DNA of 64,000 nt from assembly GCA_013239625.1 (NCBI GenBank), contig MU056991.1, positions 16,747,361 through 16,811,360 of the forward strand, written 5' to 3'. The notes under the pieces were generated by a model. The model saw nothing but the letters and a program-made list of their open reading frames with translations. It was not told the origin of the DNA and searched no databases. Shown here in pieces: positions 11,951 to 25,169 of this stretch. The position numbers were made by a program, and so were the translations under genes. Every line of letters starts with the position of its first letter. Within the stretch, counting starts at the first letter, position 1. The DNA is from Lama guanicoe (Eukaryota).

Positions 11951-13149
11951 CCAAATTCTGAGACATTCCATTTTGAGTAACACCAGCAGTGGGTGGTGTG
12001 GGTGTGCCTATATATACTTACATATGTATTTATTATATATAATATTTATGTGTGTATGTCTTATATGTGCATTATATATATCAAATTCTGTCTCTTGAGT
12101 AATATATGTATTATTCTCTATCTTGCATATCGTATATACACACATATCTCATATACACATATCCTGTAGGTGTTACTACTGCTAAACTGATCAGTACTTA
12201 TTTCTGTGGATGGGGACTGAGGATTGAGGTGGAAGAAAACGAGTGTTTTTTTGGTCTAAAATTTTTCCAACTTCCTATTTACTAATTAACTAAAATAAGT
12301 GCCTGCCAGTCTTAGTCTCCGTGGTCCTTTTTGAGACCTGACCCAGAAGGTCCTTCCCCATCCAGTATATTTGGTTTAAGTCAGTGAGAACATTTGCCAT
12401 TGACTTGTCTCTTTGGTCCTCTCTCTCTCTCTCTCCAATAAGATTTTACTGGTTCAGTCACCACACTCTCCAATCTGCTATCATGATATTCTTGCTGCAT
12501 TTGATTCTCTTAGGACACTGTGATAATTGTCTCTGAGAAGCCCTAGTGATGTGATGATCCTCATGTTAGAAGCAACATGCTAATATCATGTTTGCATGGG
12601 CTACCTTCAACAAATGAGCCAGTTTCCTAGTAGAACTTAAAGAAACTGGTACTCAGAGGACTAAGCTTCATGGAGGGGAGGTATGACAAGATTCCGCAGG
12701 CAATGTGGAGACTCCTGAGTCTTGGTGTGACATTGGTGCAGGAGAGAGAGTAGGTACTGCGAGTGGACTTCAAACTAAGGAGGTTACTTAAGTTTAACTT
12801 TGCTTACTTTCGGGTTGGGTGTGCTTGGGTATGTGTACGTAAATTGTAAAAACATAACGCTTATTTAGAGTCTTGTTTAAACAGAAAAAAAAGAGGACAG
12901 AACATTAGCTCATTTGCAGTGGAAAAAAACAAAATTGTCAGTGAGAGACTGGTTATTCCATCTAGATTTTCCTAGCTTCAAATATAATGAAAGAAAAACA
13001 GACCAACTAATACTACGTTTATTTGGATAGGTGAGCTCAGTGATCAGATGTCAGATCTCCAAAGTTATCATTCAGCCTAGAAACCCAATTTAATTATCTG
13101 CAGTTAATTCTCCTACTTTGTTTTGGAAAAAGATGGCTATATTAGTTCT

Positions 13150-13984
13150 ACTTAGAGTCCCCGTTGAAAATATAAGTTTTCCTTCTGCTGGTGGTTCAAG
13201 AGTCACTTTTCTACCACTGCTGTCTTTTTTGATGTTTTCCATGCAGATAACCAAAATGTCAAATAAAGATGTAATTAAAAATAATTAGTCATTGCAAGAG
13301 TTTAAAATATTTTTTTTTCAATCTTAATTTAAACTCAACTTTGAAGACCAAATTGACGTTTTGGAAAAATCTACATCCTTTGAGAGAAATAAATTCATAA
13401 AGTGGTCTAATGTGTACAATATAAAGGAAAAAAGAAAAAAATCACTGAGTCTCTAAAATAATATTAGCTTTTATGTCAATTTTTCTTTAACATCAATCTC
13501 TTTTTTGACTGTTTTATTGAAAATTCTACAGACAGTAGCTTATTTTTCCACCAACCTAAGCACCTGAGACTTTTGGATGATGGATATAAGACCAATAAAA
13601 TTGCCTATAAAATGTAACTTTGTATCATAACTTACACAATGTTTGTAGAATATACTCCAACGGTAACTTTTTCCAAAAAACAAATATCTCAGTGTTTGTG
13701 TATAATCATTATATCACAACAAAAAACAAAAACTATTAATCTCATTTTGAATAATGTTAACACTTGCTCCAGCATCATTGTATTCTGATGTTTTGTACCT
13801 ACTAATTGATAAATCTAAACAGAGGGAGCACTGATCTCACTTAGCATAAAATTTTTCTGAGCCTAACGTGAAGGAAATAGAGTGATATTTTACTGCAACA
13901 TGTTTTATTAGCTTGACTTTCGAATGCTATGGTAAAATTGTGTCCCTGGCTCTCTTGTACACCCTGAATTAATACGGTCACCCA
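13150..13984. mobile_element. Possible hAT-Blackjack-family fossil
   Basis: AT-rich block ending in 'atacggtcaccc', which resembles the Blackjack/MER81 TIR. The internal match is not verified. Confidence 0.3.
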
Positions 13985-14002
13985 GTGTGGCTGGTATTAT
14001 TT

Positions 14003-14494
14003 TGTATATTAGTCAGGGTTCTCCAGAGAAACAAAACAAATGTGGGGCGGGTTATTAAAGGAAACAAGAATTGGCCCACATGGTTATGGAAGCCAAGAAG
14101 TCCCCAGATTTGTCACCTACAAGCTGGAGACCCAGGAAAGCTGGTGGTGTAATTCATTCAAATCATCAGCCTGGGAGCCAGGGGAGCCAGTAGTGTAAGT
14201 CTTGATCCAAGTCCAAAGACCCAGGAACGCCAGTGTCCTGGGCAGGAGAAGATGAAAGTCCCAGCTTAAGCAGAGAGAGGGAATCCCCCTTTCTTCTGCC
14301 TTTTTCGTTCAGGCCTTCAGCAGATTGGCTGACGCCCACCTGTGCTGGTGATGGTGACCGTCTTAACTCAGTCTATTGATTGAGATGCTAATCTCTTCCA
14401 GAAACACTCACAGACACACTCAGAAATAACATTTTAGCGGTTGTCTGGACATCCCTTAGCCCAATCTAGTTGACACATAAAATTAACCATCACG
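14003..14494 (-). mobile_element. MLT2 (ERVL) solo LTR
   Basis: Ends 'tattagtcagggttctccagagaaac' and 'ttgacacataaaattaaccatcac' are the reverse complement of the MLT2 termini. Confidence 0.9.
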
Positions 14495-14559
14495 TCTTGT
14501 AATTAGCACACTGCACAATCCCAAGACCCCTTCAGGGTCTTGGCCGGAAGTAGTGTTTC

Positions 14560-14900
14560 TTCAGATATCCGTTTGGCTTACTCCTTACCTCCTTTGAATT
14601 CTTCAGTATCGCCTTCATGATACCTATGATCATCCCATTTAAAAGGCCACTCTACCCATTCATCATCTTCTATCTCTTTTAGTCTGTCATTTTTCTCTAC
14701 AGCACTTATCACTTTCAAAAAGCTATGTAATCCAATTATTTATTATGTCTGTCTCCTCACAGCAGATTATAAAATTCATGATAAGAAGGATTTTTTTTCC
14801 TTTTTTTTCACTACTGTATTCCCAATGCTTATAATCATGTACATGGTAGGGACACAATAAATATTGTTGTATGAATGAATAAATACGTAGATGAATGAAT
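14560..14900 (+). mobile_element. L2a 3' end
   Basis: 'ttcactactgtattcccaatgctt...caataaatattgttgtatgaatgaat' tail. Confidence 0.8.
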
Positions 14901-14946
14901 AGATGTAGGTTACTTTCTCCACACATTGGTTGTATTCATTAGTTAA

Positions 14947-15290
14947 TTCCTTAAAAGATTTTTAAAAGGAATTTTAGCATTTTATAAAAATAATAGACCT
15001 ACAACGACTGCCATTTATACTGATGACAGTGAACATCATGATAATTTAAAGAAAAACTCCAAAGAGATGGAGCCAGTAATGGAGCAAGGCAAATTTGCTG
15101 AAGATCATAGAATTCTTCTCAACCATAAAAAAATCAATAACTGTAGTGTTATTCTGCCAAGTATGACAGAACCAGAGCTGTAGATATTTGACTCCGTCAG
15201 CACAAGAAAAGAAATGGATGTGGAGACTCAAAAAAAAAAGTCTTGGTGGAAATGTGATTTGTTACTTATCTACCAATATCACCCGCTGGG
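14947..15290 (+). mobile_element. Possible ancient RTE-X/L4-type LINE reverse-transcriptase fragment
   Basis: Stop-free frame 14947-15180 reads NRPTTTAIYTDD...GKFAEDHRILLNHKKI, similar in spacing to RT domains 5-6 (YADD...F...L.IN..KT). Confidence 0.35.
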
Positions 15291-16479
15291 ATGTCTTACC
15301 CCTGAATTTTCTAAGTCACACACTGATGTGTGTTTTGGGCACTGGTCTCCTTCTACTGTAATGGACACCAGGTAGAAGGCATAGCATTTTGCCATGTGGC
15401 TTTCTAATTGATCAGAGACTTGAAGGAGAAAATGGAATGTGGGCCCCAAAGGAGACGGAGTTGATGCTTGCTCTTCTCTTTCCCTTTCTCACTTCTGCAC
15501 CAATTTCTCCCTCTACCCAGTTCTACTTATTCTATGGCTCCGCTCCATGTTTGAGTCTAAAAGGGAAAACATAATATTGTCTTTGCAGTTTTAATGAGTG
15601 TGGTTTTTTGTCCTTGCTAAAGATGGATATTTATTGAGGAAGAAAAAAGCTGAAGTAGGGATCTGGAAAAAAAAATATTACCAATGGCAAAAGAAATTAA
15701 GCAGTGGAAATGATGACTACAGGAGGGGGAATGTAGAAACTCAACTTTTACAGATATCGCATCCTACCTGCCAGCCCTAAACCATTGTTTAGTTCTCTTA
15801 TATTAGATTTTCAAATAAGCATCTGGAATATGTTCAGGAGAAAAAAAATTATTGCAGTCCTATCACTGCCATGTGTCAGAATGCTGTTCATGTTGCAAAA
15901 CCCACATTGCAATACCCTCAACAATTTCTCCACCAGAAAAAGTGGTACTTGGTGTGTGTTCAGCAAACATTTTGTTTACCTTAGACCAAATATTAGTAAC
16001 CAAAGATACTATAAAAGACATGGGAAAGAGGAGTAGGTACTGGATTTCACTGAAATATTTAGTATTAAAAATGCAAACTTTTCTGTTTAATTCTGAGGAC
16101 TGAGACCTCTGAAATAAGATTCATGCTGTGCCTGTTTTAGATTTGGGGGCTGTCTACATACTTAGATATCTTCTCCCCTCCTTTTTTCACCAGCACCCCC
16201 TCTACCCACCTTTAATTCCACATCTTCCATGTTACAAGACATTTATACTAAAACAATGAATATAATTTGACTAGTTTTAAGTTTTAAATGCATTTGTTGG
16301 TTTCCCTGATAATAAAAGAAATGGGAGCTCTTTACACACTACTCAGAGTTCAATACAAGTCATCCCATTACTTAACAAGTTTGGAGTAAACACAGTGCAT
16401 TCCACAAGAAACAGGAAGAGATGGGTAAGGGGCCCAGAGAATTCTCTGGCTCTCTCGGGCTCCCACTGTCTCTGTATAA

Positions 16480-16660
16480 GATAGTTTTACACTTATTATT
16501 TCATTTTACCTTTTCTATATTAATAAAACCTTTTTGTTATTAATTCCCTTTTATAGTGTAGGAATGGAGTTGGAGAAGCTAAATAATTGACACAGACCAG
16601 TAGTTAATACAAGGAGGAGATGGAATTCAGACTCAAGTCTATCTGACTTCAAGGTCAATG
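16480..16660 (-). mobile_element. MIR SINE
   Basis: 'ggaattcagactcaagtctatctgacttcaagg' is antisense MIR. Confidence 0.65.
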
Positions 16661-17827
16661 TCCATTCAGAAAAGGGAGCCCCTAAATGATGCGGCAGTCA
16701 GGGAAGCAAGGGCATGCTTGTCTCGATGGCCTATCACAAGGGAAAAGACGTCCAGTGGTTTATTTTTACAACTCCAGATTTCACCTCTTTCACTGCCAAC
16801 TTACCTTGCCAGTTGCTACCAGCTCAAATACCACTTCCTGCTCTCTCCCTGATTGCACATTTCTGCTGTGCTGGTTTTATTATGCTTTGTGTGAAAGTTA
16901 CTTGCTTAGCTGGTTTTTCCCTCAAGACATGATGTGGGCATCAAGGGAAGGATGTCATCTTGCTTAGGTCTCATTCCCTTCAGGACAGAGCTTGGTTCTG
17001 CACACATAATTGGTGCACAATACACATTAAAAATGAAAGAGCAGCTCTGAGTGACCGTGAAGAGCCAGGGCTGTAGAATCTCTTAAGTCCTGTGACATCT
17101 GTATTAGCATGAAAGATAGAAGAAATCATTTTCTTGGCATTGCAGTTTGGTCTACTCCAGCCAAACATAGAAAGCTGTCATGTGAATATTTTTGAACCTC
17201 AAAAACAATTTTGGTTTAAGTTTGGGTGGGGGAGGAGGGGCATGGTGGCTCCTATTTCTCCCACACCAGTCCACCCAACTCTTATTAGAACATGTAATTC
17301 CAACAATGCTGACTGTCTTAAATTTTGTGAACAGAGTGTACTCTGGACACTGTTTGGTACACACATTGACTCTTTAAGAAGAGTATACTTATAACTTATA
17401 ATTAAATTAAAGGACCAGCAGCTGCTAAAAAAAAAAAGGTATAACCTAGAGGCCATGTTTATTTGTTTCTCAGGCAAGAGGCAGTCATGTCAGAACTACT
17501 ATTGCTATGAGTCCAAATGTTTCCAATGAAGCCTTTGCACGAATCATTTGCTGAACACTAGTCATTCAGTCATGCCACTTGATTTCAGCCCACTATTTCC
17601 TCTTTAAACTGGCAAAAACAACTCTACAAAGGAAAACATGTCATATTAAAAGTCATAGGATTTTGCTTTGTAAACCATAGACCTGGACTCAATGACCAGT
17701 ACTGGGGATGTTGCCTCTGGTTCTAACAGTCTGGGAAGACAACAATGATTACTTAAGCCTATGAAAGCAGAAAGTGTATATTCTCTTTCCTTTGTTTCTT
17801 CGATAGATTATTTTAATATATGGTAGC

Positions 17828-17943
17828 TAGAGGGCCAACTCTCCTGGTTTGCCTAGAACTGTTCTAGTTTTAGCACTGGTATTGTCACATCTGTCATGGG
17901 AAATCCCCCAGTTCCGGTCAAACTGAAACAGTTGGTCACCCCA
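17828..17943 (+). mobile_element. MER81 (hAT-Blackjack MITE)
   Basis: About 115 bp with degenerate TIRs (tagagggccaact / agttggtcacccca) and the internal motif 'gttttagcactg'. Confidence 0.8.
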
Positions 17944-19519
17944 GCATTAGGCGACTTATCAATGGTCTTAACCAAGAGACTCACATCCTGGGACCAGTTT
18001 ATGATCTAGAAGGTTTGGGACCATGGTGCTCAAATCACAATTCAGTGATTAAGTCACAGTGAACGTACGCTAAAAAGTAGTCATGGAATCCCCAGTGGGT
18101 CCATAAACATCCTTTACTCCAGAGCTTCCAATGTTGTACGCCCAGTGGTAAGTGTTGACACACTGGTGTGTTACTGATGAATTCCAGATGAACCAAGCTA
18201 TTGGTTTCCTCAGCTCTTGGTTTGACTGGGCAGCCCCCAGTTGTTTTCCTCTGGTCATGAGCTGTCTTATCTCTTTGGCCCACTGAGCTCTGCAGAATAA
18301 TACCGTTTTCTATGTGTGCCATAATGAGAAAAAAAAAGTCACAAAGAAATGTTTAAATCTAATCCATTCATTTTATAAATGAAGCCTAACTTTGATCATT
18401 TCTATGAAATGCAGGCTTATACCAAGGCAGAGGCAAAACTGTGTTCAATTTGTCTTGTGTTCATCTGTCTTCAAGGTGACACAGATCACTGCCTGGGAGA
18501 GCTGATGTTTATGTAGTGAGTGGTAAGTGACAGAACTCAGCAAGCCAAATGGACTGTGCTGCAGTCTACTCACTTACATCAGAGGTACATGACTAGCTAG
18601 GTGAAGAAAAGAAAGACATTTATCTGGAGAATATCAATAGAAAGTTCTATATTGCTTCACATAGCTCTGTTTTCAGTAAAACAGAGATAACTTTCAGTTT
18701 GAGTTGCTCATCTAATGCTTCAGTTCCACACTTGACTCTGTACAAATGCAAAGTTATAATTTAAAAAATGAAAATGTTCTTGAATCTAGGCAGCTAAGTA
18801 AGAATTATATACCTAAAAATCCAAGTTTCCGAGACAACAGGCATTTGCACCTTTACTGATTTATTCTGTAAAGATTAGTTCAGGTTTCAAATAGAGACAG
18901 GATTCAGGGAGAAAGGCAATATGCTTGTGAAAGTCTATGGCCGCAAAGGTACTAGAATTTCAAATTCCCAGATCCCTTGATACTCCTCACAGGCAGTGAG
19001 TGGAGAGGGATAGAAATTGTGTATAAAGTTGGGCCTTTACAGATCAGAACTTTACGTTGTGCCAAACTCAAATCCTGCCCAACTTCTGGCTCTTCGATTG
19101 CTTAATACATTAGTGGACTTTTTCCAGTTCCCAGTGGTTGGAGTTCCACATCACACAGTCCCTGTCCCATCTGGTGCTAATTGGCACCCTTGTTGGTAGT
19201 TTCCAAAAGCAGAACAGGAAAAATAAAAAGTACTATCTTTCTATCCTTAGAAGCTAGAAGCTTAGTACAGGCAGTCCTCTTTAAAAGAGCTGTGTACTAA
19301 AATACTGTACGTAAATCAGTTGTTTAGAATCCAGAACAAATTTTTCTAATAAAATAAAGTCATGCCTCATGATTAGCTCCCCAGGTCATCCCAGTTCACA
19401 AAAATCTGTCTGACCCATAATGTATCCAATAAACACTGCTTATTTTGACAGCATACAGCCATCATGGATGAACCAAGAAGTAGAAAGGTTGATGAAACAA
19501 ACACCACCTTTTGTCACAG

Positions 19520-19700
19520 AAAGCCAGGCTGTACTCCCACCATTCCTGTGACCTTGGGTAATTCCCAGAAATCTTCTCAGGCCTAATGTTCTTTAACTGA
19601 ATACGGGGAAGAGGGCAGGTAATAAAAGTTGCTTTTTGTCCTTCACTGGGTAATTATTGCAAGGATCAAATAAGATAATATATATGAAACCATTTAAAAA
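19520..19700 (+). mobile_element. MIR SINE
   Basis: 'ctgtgaccttgggtaa...gcaaggatcaaataagataatatatatgaaa'. Confidence 0.65.
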
Positions 19701-20854
19701 TGACTTCATTTTCCCCTGAAATAACAGAACCACAGGTTTCCCTTCTATCTCCTTTCTAAACCTTGTCAGTTGTAAGAGTGAGGGGCTGTTGCCTATTCAA
19801 GTTTCTGTACGTGGTCCCCATCTGGAGGGAAGGGGTTGGGAGACTGGAAGGCAATGAAGAAGTCGGAACAGAGGCCCTGACAGATGAGGCAAGAGGCTGG
19901 CTGCTTAGTATGGGGGACCGTCTATCCTACATGAATCTTCAAAGATTATTTCTCGGTCCAGGCTTCTCTCAGTCACCCCTGTGTTTTCTTCCTAGGATCC
20001 TATGGATTGGCCTACTGGTTTCATTGTCAACACCTGTTGCTTTTGCTCAGCACATCTTTATTCTCAATTTTATCATCCTTATTTATTTAATATCCTTCTT
20101 AAGGTTTCATAATGAATTTGATTACTTCATCATAAAAGAAGGGAAATAAAAAATCAGAAGACTCACATCCCTATTCTTTCTATCAACCAATCTATCAGTC
20201 TCTACCTATCTATCCATCTATCCATCCATCCATCCATCTATAACCTTACTAAGACAGAGATAAAAAAATAAGGTCACACATACATGCTAATTGTATATTT
20301 TTATAATCTAATAACACATGTTTCATTTACATTTAAAAGGAGGAATGAACTTAGGGAACTTCATCACAGAATGTGTTGATGAAGCCATGGGGAGAACAGG
20401 CGTGCATCACTGCATCGCACCTGGGTACAACGCCAGCAAGGCATCTCAGAGGCTCAGGAGCCTGAGAAACAAGTTGGACTGCCTGGAAGAAGGGGGAAGG
20501 AGAAGTATTCTGGGGGGGGGGAAGACTGCTCTTTCCTACTCTCCTGATTTTCTTTCCTTTCCCTCTAAGAATGAGATGCCATCACAAGGGCATAAGTTAA
20601 GGCATTTACTATAATGGCAGCACTTTATTCACTTCTGACTACTTCCTGTTCTGTCTTCAACCCAGTATCCACCTTCTGAGAATCCTTTTGTCTTTCCTGC
20701 AAGCACCTCCTGTCACCCTGAATCCCCATCTGTGATAATGTCAAGCAATCTTGTCCCATCTTTTTTTTAATCTCTCTACAGTCCCTTCAACTACCAATAA
20801 CCTTGTCCTTCTCTTCTTACCTCTTCTTCAGCACCCTGCCTGTTAGCTTTCTGC

Positions 20855-21150
20855 AGTTCAGTTTAATTTAACAAATATTAATTTCTCATTAAGAAAGTGG
20901 TGATGCTAAAACATAGTTTCTATCATCAGGAAACGGTCACAATGTAGATACAACAGGATTCACAGCAGGATATGCAGAAGTCAAGCACTAAGGGAACAGA
21001 GAAAGGAGAGATTAATTTCAAAGAGTATCTGGATTTTGAGGTGAGAGGATGGTCAAGGAGGTCATTATAGAGGCTGGGTCTCAACAGATATTGGAGAGTT
21101 TGATGGAGAAAGGAACTTTGCAATAAAAGGAAGACACCCTTAAAAGATTC
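20855..21150 (-). mobile_element. L2 fragment
   Basis: 'ttaacaaatatt...' start and 'tcaaggaggtcattatagagg' antisense L2 pattern. Confidence 0.55.
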
Positions 21151-24100
21151 CAGTTTGATTATCATACATAATAAAAGATCACAAATTGATAAGCCAGCAC
21201 CACTTCCCAGGAATCTGAGCATAATTTCCCCCAGGACAAGTAAAAGAGAAGCTTCAGGTTTCAAATGAAAATCTCTGATAACATAGGTGTTACAGAAGTA
21301 GTTAGGCTACGTGGAAGAAATACTAATATCTTTCTTTCTTCCTTCAATATTTAGACACAAGCCCCTAGAAGCTTCTAGAAGCCATGCATTGACGAGAACT
21401 CATGAGGAAAAATAGCAAAGCTGGAGTGTATCTCAGCCACTGGCGGCTTACAACCAAAGCAGCCATGTCGTCAATGGTACTGGCTCATGTTAATAAATTC
21501 TCTGCTCAACCCCACCGCCCTCCAGTGGAAAGGTTGTAATCATGTGGTTCTATTTAATGAAAGTATAAACAGAGGCCATCTCATTCTAATTTAGAAGAGG
21601 AGAAAAGTTAGGATCTAGGGTTCTCATAGCAGTGACTCAGACTCTGAGCCATTAACTCAAGAGCAAGCCTGTGTTGACGTGTACAAATTGAGTGTCTTGT
21701 TTTGACTTGACTGGTCAAGGAAACAGCCAGGTTAGGTTGAAAAAAAAAAAAAAAAGGAAAGAAAACAATAGCCAGGACCGTCACGAAACAGTCAAACTGA
21801 TAGTCTGACAGATGATGATTATTTCCGTTTCGGTCTGTCACTTACGTCAAGAAAATCACACCAGTTAAAACAGACCAACTTCATGTTCAGTACACTCTTG
21901 GTGGAGTTCACCCACCCATCTCCTTCATGTGAAGACTCCAGACTTCTCATTTGGCTCTTTCTCCTGCACTTACTCTTCTATTTTTGTTCCTCATTCTGGT
22001 TCTCATTTTTCGCTTTGCATTCTGTTCTTTCTTCATTTCCCGCCATGTTTCCTTCATCCATTTGTAAAAGAAAACAAAACATTGCACAACCTTTTTCTCT
22101 TCTGGAGCTAATTCTAATGCTACTTCTAATTTTTAAGGAGTCATATCAGAAACCAATGCAGGAATTTACATTTCCAAAGTCTCAGAAATATATGTAACCC
22201 CACTGACGTTCAAGGAGAGGGCATTTTGCTAGCTGTTTAATTCCCAGCTTGATTTTTTGCTGGTACAGAATGGCTATAGGTGATTTGCTAACAGGATCTG
22301 GGAATCAAAAGGCCAGGCTTATTAAATCTCATTTGGTTTGCCTGAGTCCTCATGGTGCCATTCAAAGAGCCCTGGACTGTAAGTCAGATTTCTGTCCCAC
22401 TGCCTGTTTCACCCCCTGTCTGTGGTCAGCTTGCTTTCTCCAGGGTCTCACGTTCATATTTGAACATGAAATGAATGGTCTACTTGATTTCTACCTTTGT
22501 GACCCCCTAGGATTGTGATCCTCTAAAGCTTCCATACAGTAAGTCATCATCCTGGGGCACTTAGATACTCCTTCTTTATGCATGCTTAGTATCATTTTTG
22601 CCTTCATTGTAAACCTAATCTTGAAGATCACAGGGACTCTTTTCTATCCTTTGAGACATAATTAATTGTACATCCTAGATTTCTCAAGACCTCTTCTTCC
22701 TGCAGATAGCCTGGGGTAGGCTAATGTTAAAGACTTAATTGTCACTATCTCATATCTTTTTATAAGGATAGAAGATCCCCTAGACTCCTGGAAATTCTTG
22801 CCCTATGGGAACTCTGGCCCTGCATTCTCATGTGGCCACTAAGTCAGATTTCGTGGTACTGGGCACAGTTGAGCTTGCTGCTGCTCTCCTGGGCATGAAA
22901 GGTACATTTCTACTCTGCCAGATTTGGCACTTTTACTTGTGATCCAGATGGTTTATTTAGCAGTCTTTTATTGGCATCTGCTAATGTTGTGCTGGGTATA
23001 AAAGCCTGTCTCAGATGCTGCCTTTATTCCCCTGCTGGGTATCTTATCTCTGTCACTAATACAAAAGAGTGGCATTTCCTCCTGGGTGACCACCTCAGAC
23101 TATTGACAACGCATGGTAAACTCACTGTTGGCTCTGCTGGCACCATGCTGGTGTCCTGAGGGCATCAACCTTGTGTGATGCCCTACAGAAAAGAGGTGGG
23201 GAGAGACTTTCCCTTCCTGTGAAGTTTTGCTACAGGGGGTCCAAAGTAGAGTTGCTTAGGTCTCAAAGTAAAACAACTCTTTCAGTATTTACTTAAAACT
23301 GTTTGCTTTCCATAATATTCAGACCAAGCTCAACTGAGGTTAAGTTGGGGATAAATCTCAGACTCACTGTGATCAGAATTCTTTCTCATCCAATGACTAA
23401 GGCTTTTTTTCCTGAGTCACTTCATCCAGCCTGGACCGTCCCTCCCTTGGGATCAGTTCTCTCCCAGATTCCCCAGTCCTCATGCAAACAGATTTTCAGA
23501 GGCGGACACTGCCCTTTTGCCAGATGTCCCCAAACATATCTGAATCTCTTTTAGTCTCATGCTGATGCCTTTATGACAGTTGCATAAAAAGCTGGATATA
23601 GTTCAAATTCCTGACTGTATTTTCTGATTCCTTTGAACATTTGTACTCTACCTTCCCACACAGTGCATCATGGAGAGGGTCCTAATATAACTTGTTCATA
23701 AGCTTTTTCATGATTTGCTATATTTATATCTGGTCTTGTCTTCTGAGTGGTAACCTTCTCGAAGATAGACCTTGCTTTCTTCTGCTGTGTCTTCTGTCAT
23801 GTTTTTTTGGGGGGGAGGGTAGGCTGCTCACATATGAAGATTTTGACTGGGATGGAGACATCTTAGAACATCACTGGTGCATTTGGAACAGTACATTAAT
23901 TTCACCTGCTTGGACCATAGTAACTCCCTGTGCTGATACTGGGACATGGCTCCTCATTCCCAGAGAGCCAGATTGCATAGTTACTTAAAGTATAGAGAGA
24001 AGTTGGGTTTTCTTCCTTAGCTCTGAATCACTGGACTGTCTTTTGGTGGTTTAAAATATAGAATAACACATTGGCAAAGAATTCTAGGGAGGTAAGCATG

Positions 24101-25169
24101 AGGCACTGGGAAGAGTATAATTACACAGAATTTTAAGGGACTGGAACACTTGGAGTCACTTAATGTTATGGTTAATTGCAGGTTAGTCAGAAAATCATTC
24201 TTATTTCAACACTTTTTGAATAATCCTTATAAAATGCCCTTGGCAAAATTCCATGCAGCTAACATAGCTGCATCTTTCTTTGATGTCTGAGGATTTTTAG
24301 AACCATTAGGTCAATATTAAACCATGTATTTTCATTTTTGTGTTTGGGGGCAAAGATGGTGCAGGACATTGCCTGAACCAGTCACTATATGTTTTCCAGA
24401 CATTGGTTTAGATAAATCTTTGATCTCATTCCTTTTTTAAAAATGATTTTCTTCTTCACTATCCCATTTATTAAAAATTACATTTGTAATATTTTTATGA
24501 TCAAAAACTATACACACAGGAAAATATCATCCCAAATTATTCCCTCTACTCAGATATAACTTTTTAACATTTAACTTTTTAACTTTTGGTTTGTTTTGTT
24601 CCGATGCCTCCAACGATTTCCCTCACTAAATGTTACAATCTAAACTGATCTTGGCATCAACATATAGACTAAATATCTGCAAGTGACAAAAACATTGAGT
24701 CATCACGGAAGAGTAAAAACGTATATAGCTTTTTTTTTTTTAAAGCCTCTCTCAGCACATATCTTTAGACCACATGCCCTAAGATAATCTTTTTTTTTTT
24801 TTTAACAGATTCTATTTTGGTTTTTCTGGTGTTTTGAGGGAAATAGTGCATAATAAAGCCACTGCTCAGAATACGCCTCAAGAGAGCTTCAGAGAAGTGA
24901 CAGTACATGTGTTTGGAGGATCAAACAATAAATAGTTGCCCTCAACCTCCCTCGCCTGGCACAGGCAGCCAGGCTGTCATTTCCTATCCAAACATGGAGG
25001 CTTCGTCTCTGAAGAAACAGGAATAAGCCATTTAGGTAAATGCCTACGGTACAGGTAGGCATCACAGATTTAAGTCCTTCTCCTTACATTCTTACAATAG
25101 GAAGGGAAATAGTCTGAACCTGTTTCCCTTTTTACTCATGCAAAGGAATGCACACACAAAACACTAATG

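Noticed and set aside
23160-23185. Short 8-9 bp inverted repeats (also 25040-25062)
   Set aside because: Expected by chance in 64 kb.
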